A stretch of 64,000 nucleotides of DNA, taken from assembly GCA_964016885.1 (NCBI GenBank), contig OZ024741.1, forward strand, positions 223,882,001 to 223,946,000, in the 5' to 3' direction. A program made the translations under genes and the position numbers. Positions 63,001 through 64,000 of this stretch are shown here, piece by piece. Numbering within the stretch: the first letter of the stretch is position 1; each line of letters begins with the position of its first letter. Source of the DNA: Eledone cirrhosa. Its lineage: Eukaryota. The notes under the pieces were generated by a model. That model was not told the origin of the DNA. It did no database searches and saw only the letters and a list, made by a program, of their open reading frames with translations.

Positions 63001-63202
63001 TTAACCCTTTAACATTTAAACCGACGTATCTGGTCAGAATTCTCTCACCTCTTTCTGTTCAAACCAGCCATACCCAGCAGCTCATACTTATATTAACGTA
63101 TTGTTCTCAAAATAAATAATATCAAAATCTCATAGATTCGATATTATGTGAAATAAAGCCTTTACCGTGAAAATATAATAGTAAATATAGAGTAAGGATT
63201 AA
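63001..63202 (+). mobile_element. piggyBac-like MITE, right TIR damaged
   Basis: Left TIR and body match the family. Confidence 0.75.
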
Positions 63203-64000
63203 ATATTAAAGTCCTCACTTTAATACTGCCAATTTTCACAACAATCTGTCCATTATTAAAGTTTCTATAAACATAGGAATTAACAAACTTGTTTTTAGAT
63301 ATCTTCTGCTGAATTATGACAGGATATAAAGAGTTTATAGAATAACTGAAATAATTCTAACAGGGAATTGAAAATATGTTGCAGATTCTGTTTTCTAGAA
63401 CTCACCATCTATGCAATGAAATTTACTACTATCTTCTTTCTATCTACTAAATTAAATACAATTTTTTTTTTAAAAGGGTGACAGAGAAAAACATATGAAG
63501 GGCTACAGTTAAATTGCTGACCTGAATATCTAAATAAGGTTGATTGCTAATATTCACCAAAAGTGTCATGAAAATGCAAACAACTGTGGCATTTAAAGTT
63601 ACAGATTTTTACTTTTTGATGTTTTTTCACCTGATCAATCATTCTGCAAGTCTTATTTTGTCAAGACCACAACTGCTGTTTTCAATGAAAAGTGGTTCAA
63701 AAAAGAAGGGAAATAAAAAGGTCAGAATTTTCATTGGTCATGACTCAATTCAACATAATCTGATTGGCTGAATTTGACAATTTTATTTTATTTATCTATA
63801 TTTTTGTGCTTTATTTTATAAATTCAAAAATTTCATTTGAATATTATTTGTTTGTTTTTGTTTTTTTAAATATATTTTTCTGAAATACTTTTATGGAATC
63901 AGTGATGAATAGTTTGCTTCTGTGTTTAGTTTTCTTAATTTCAAATTGGTTTTATGTCATAGAAGATTTTGGTGTGGCAGCTTATTTTTTATTTTTATCT

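Overview
This is AT-rich, microsatellite-dense eukaryotic DNA, most likely intronic or intergenic, and I can support no host protein-coding exon in it. The mix of tRNA-headed CORE-like and Deu/Nin-like SINEs, RTE LINEs and (TA)n tracts resembles an octopod cephalopod genome (inference). Main contents: (1) about 11 copies of one RTE-clade LINE family (APE + RT, with a PHD-type C4HC3 finger inside the RT), including a 5'-truncated but stop-free copy at 30328-33252; (2) SINEs sharing the RTE 3' tail; (3) a ~610-bp bipartite non-autonomous RTE derivative; (4) TTAA-flanked piggyBac-like MITEs; (5) two decayed mariners, one Hsmar2-like; (6) a 5.2-kb 16-bp satellite with a 2172-bp higher-order duplication. 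The most interesting signal is non-coding. Several unrelated, mostly (TA)n-flanked modules carry type I hammerhead-ribozyme (HHR) motifs: core-intact at 12281-12354, 23008-23088 and 54571-54698, and decayed or partial near 13576, 15217, 19089, 33809, 52447, 52804, 54955 and 55635. Many are coupled to snap-back palindromes. Two modules have HHR-to-HHR direct-repeat units (1295 nt and 356 nt), as in retrozymes or non-autonomous Penelope-like elements. Four of the HHRs share an unusual N.N mismatch at the base of stem II. All folds were read by eye and none has been tested.
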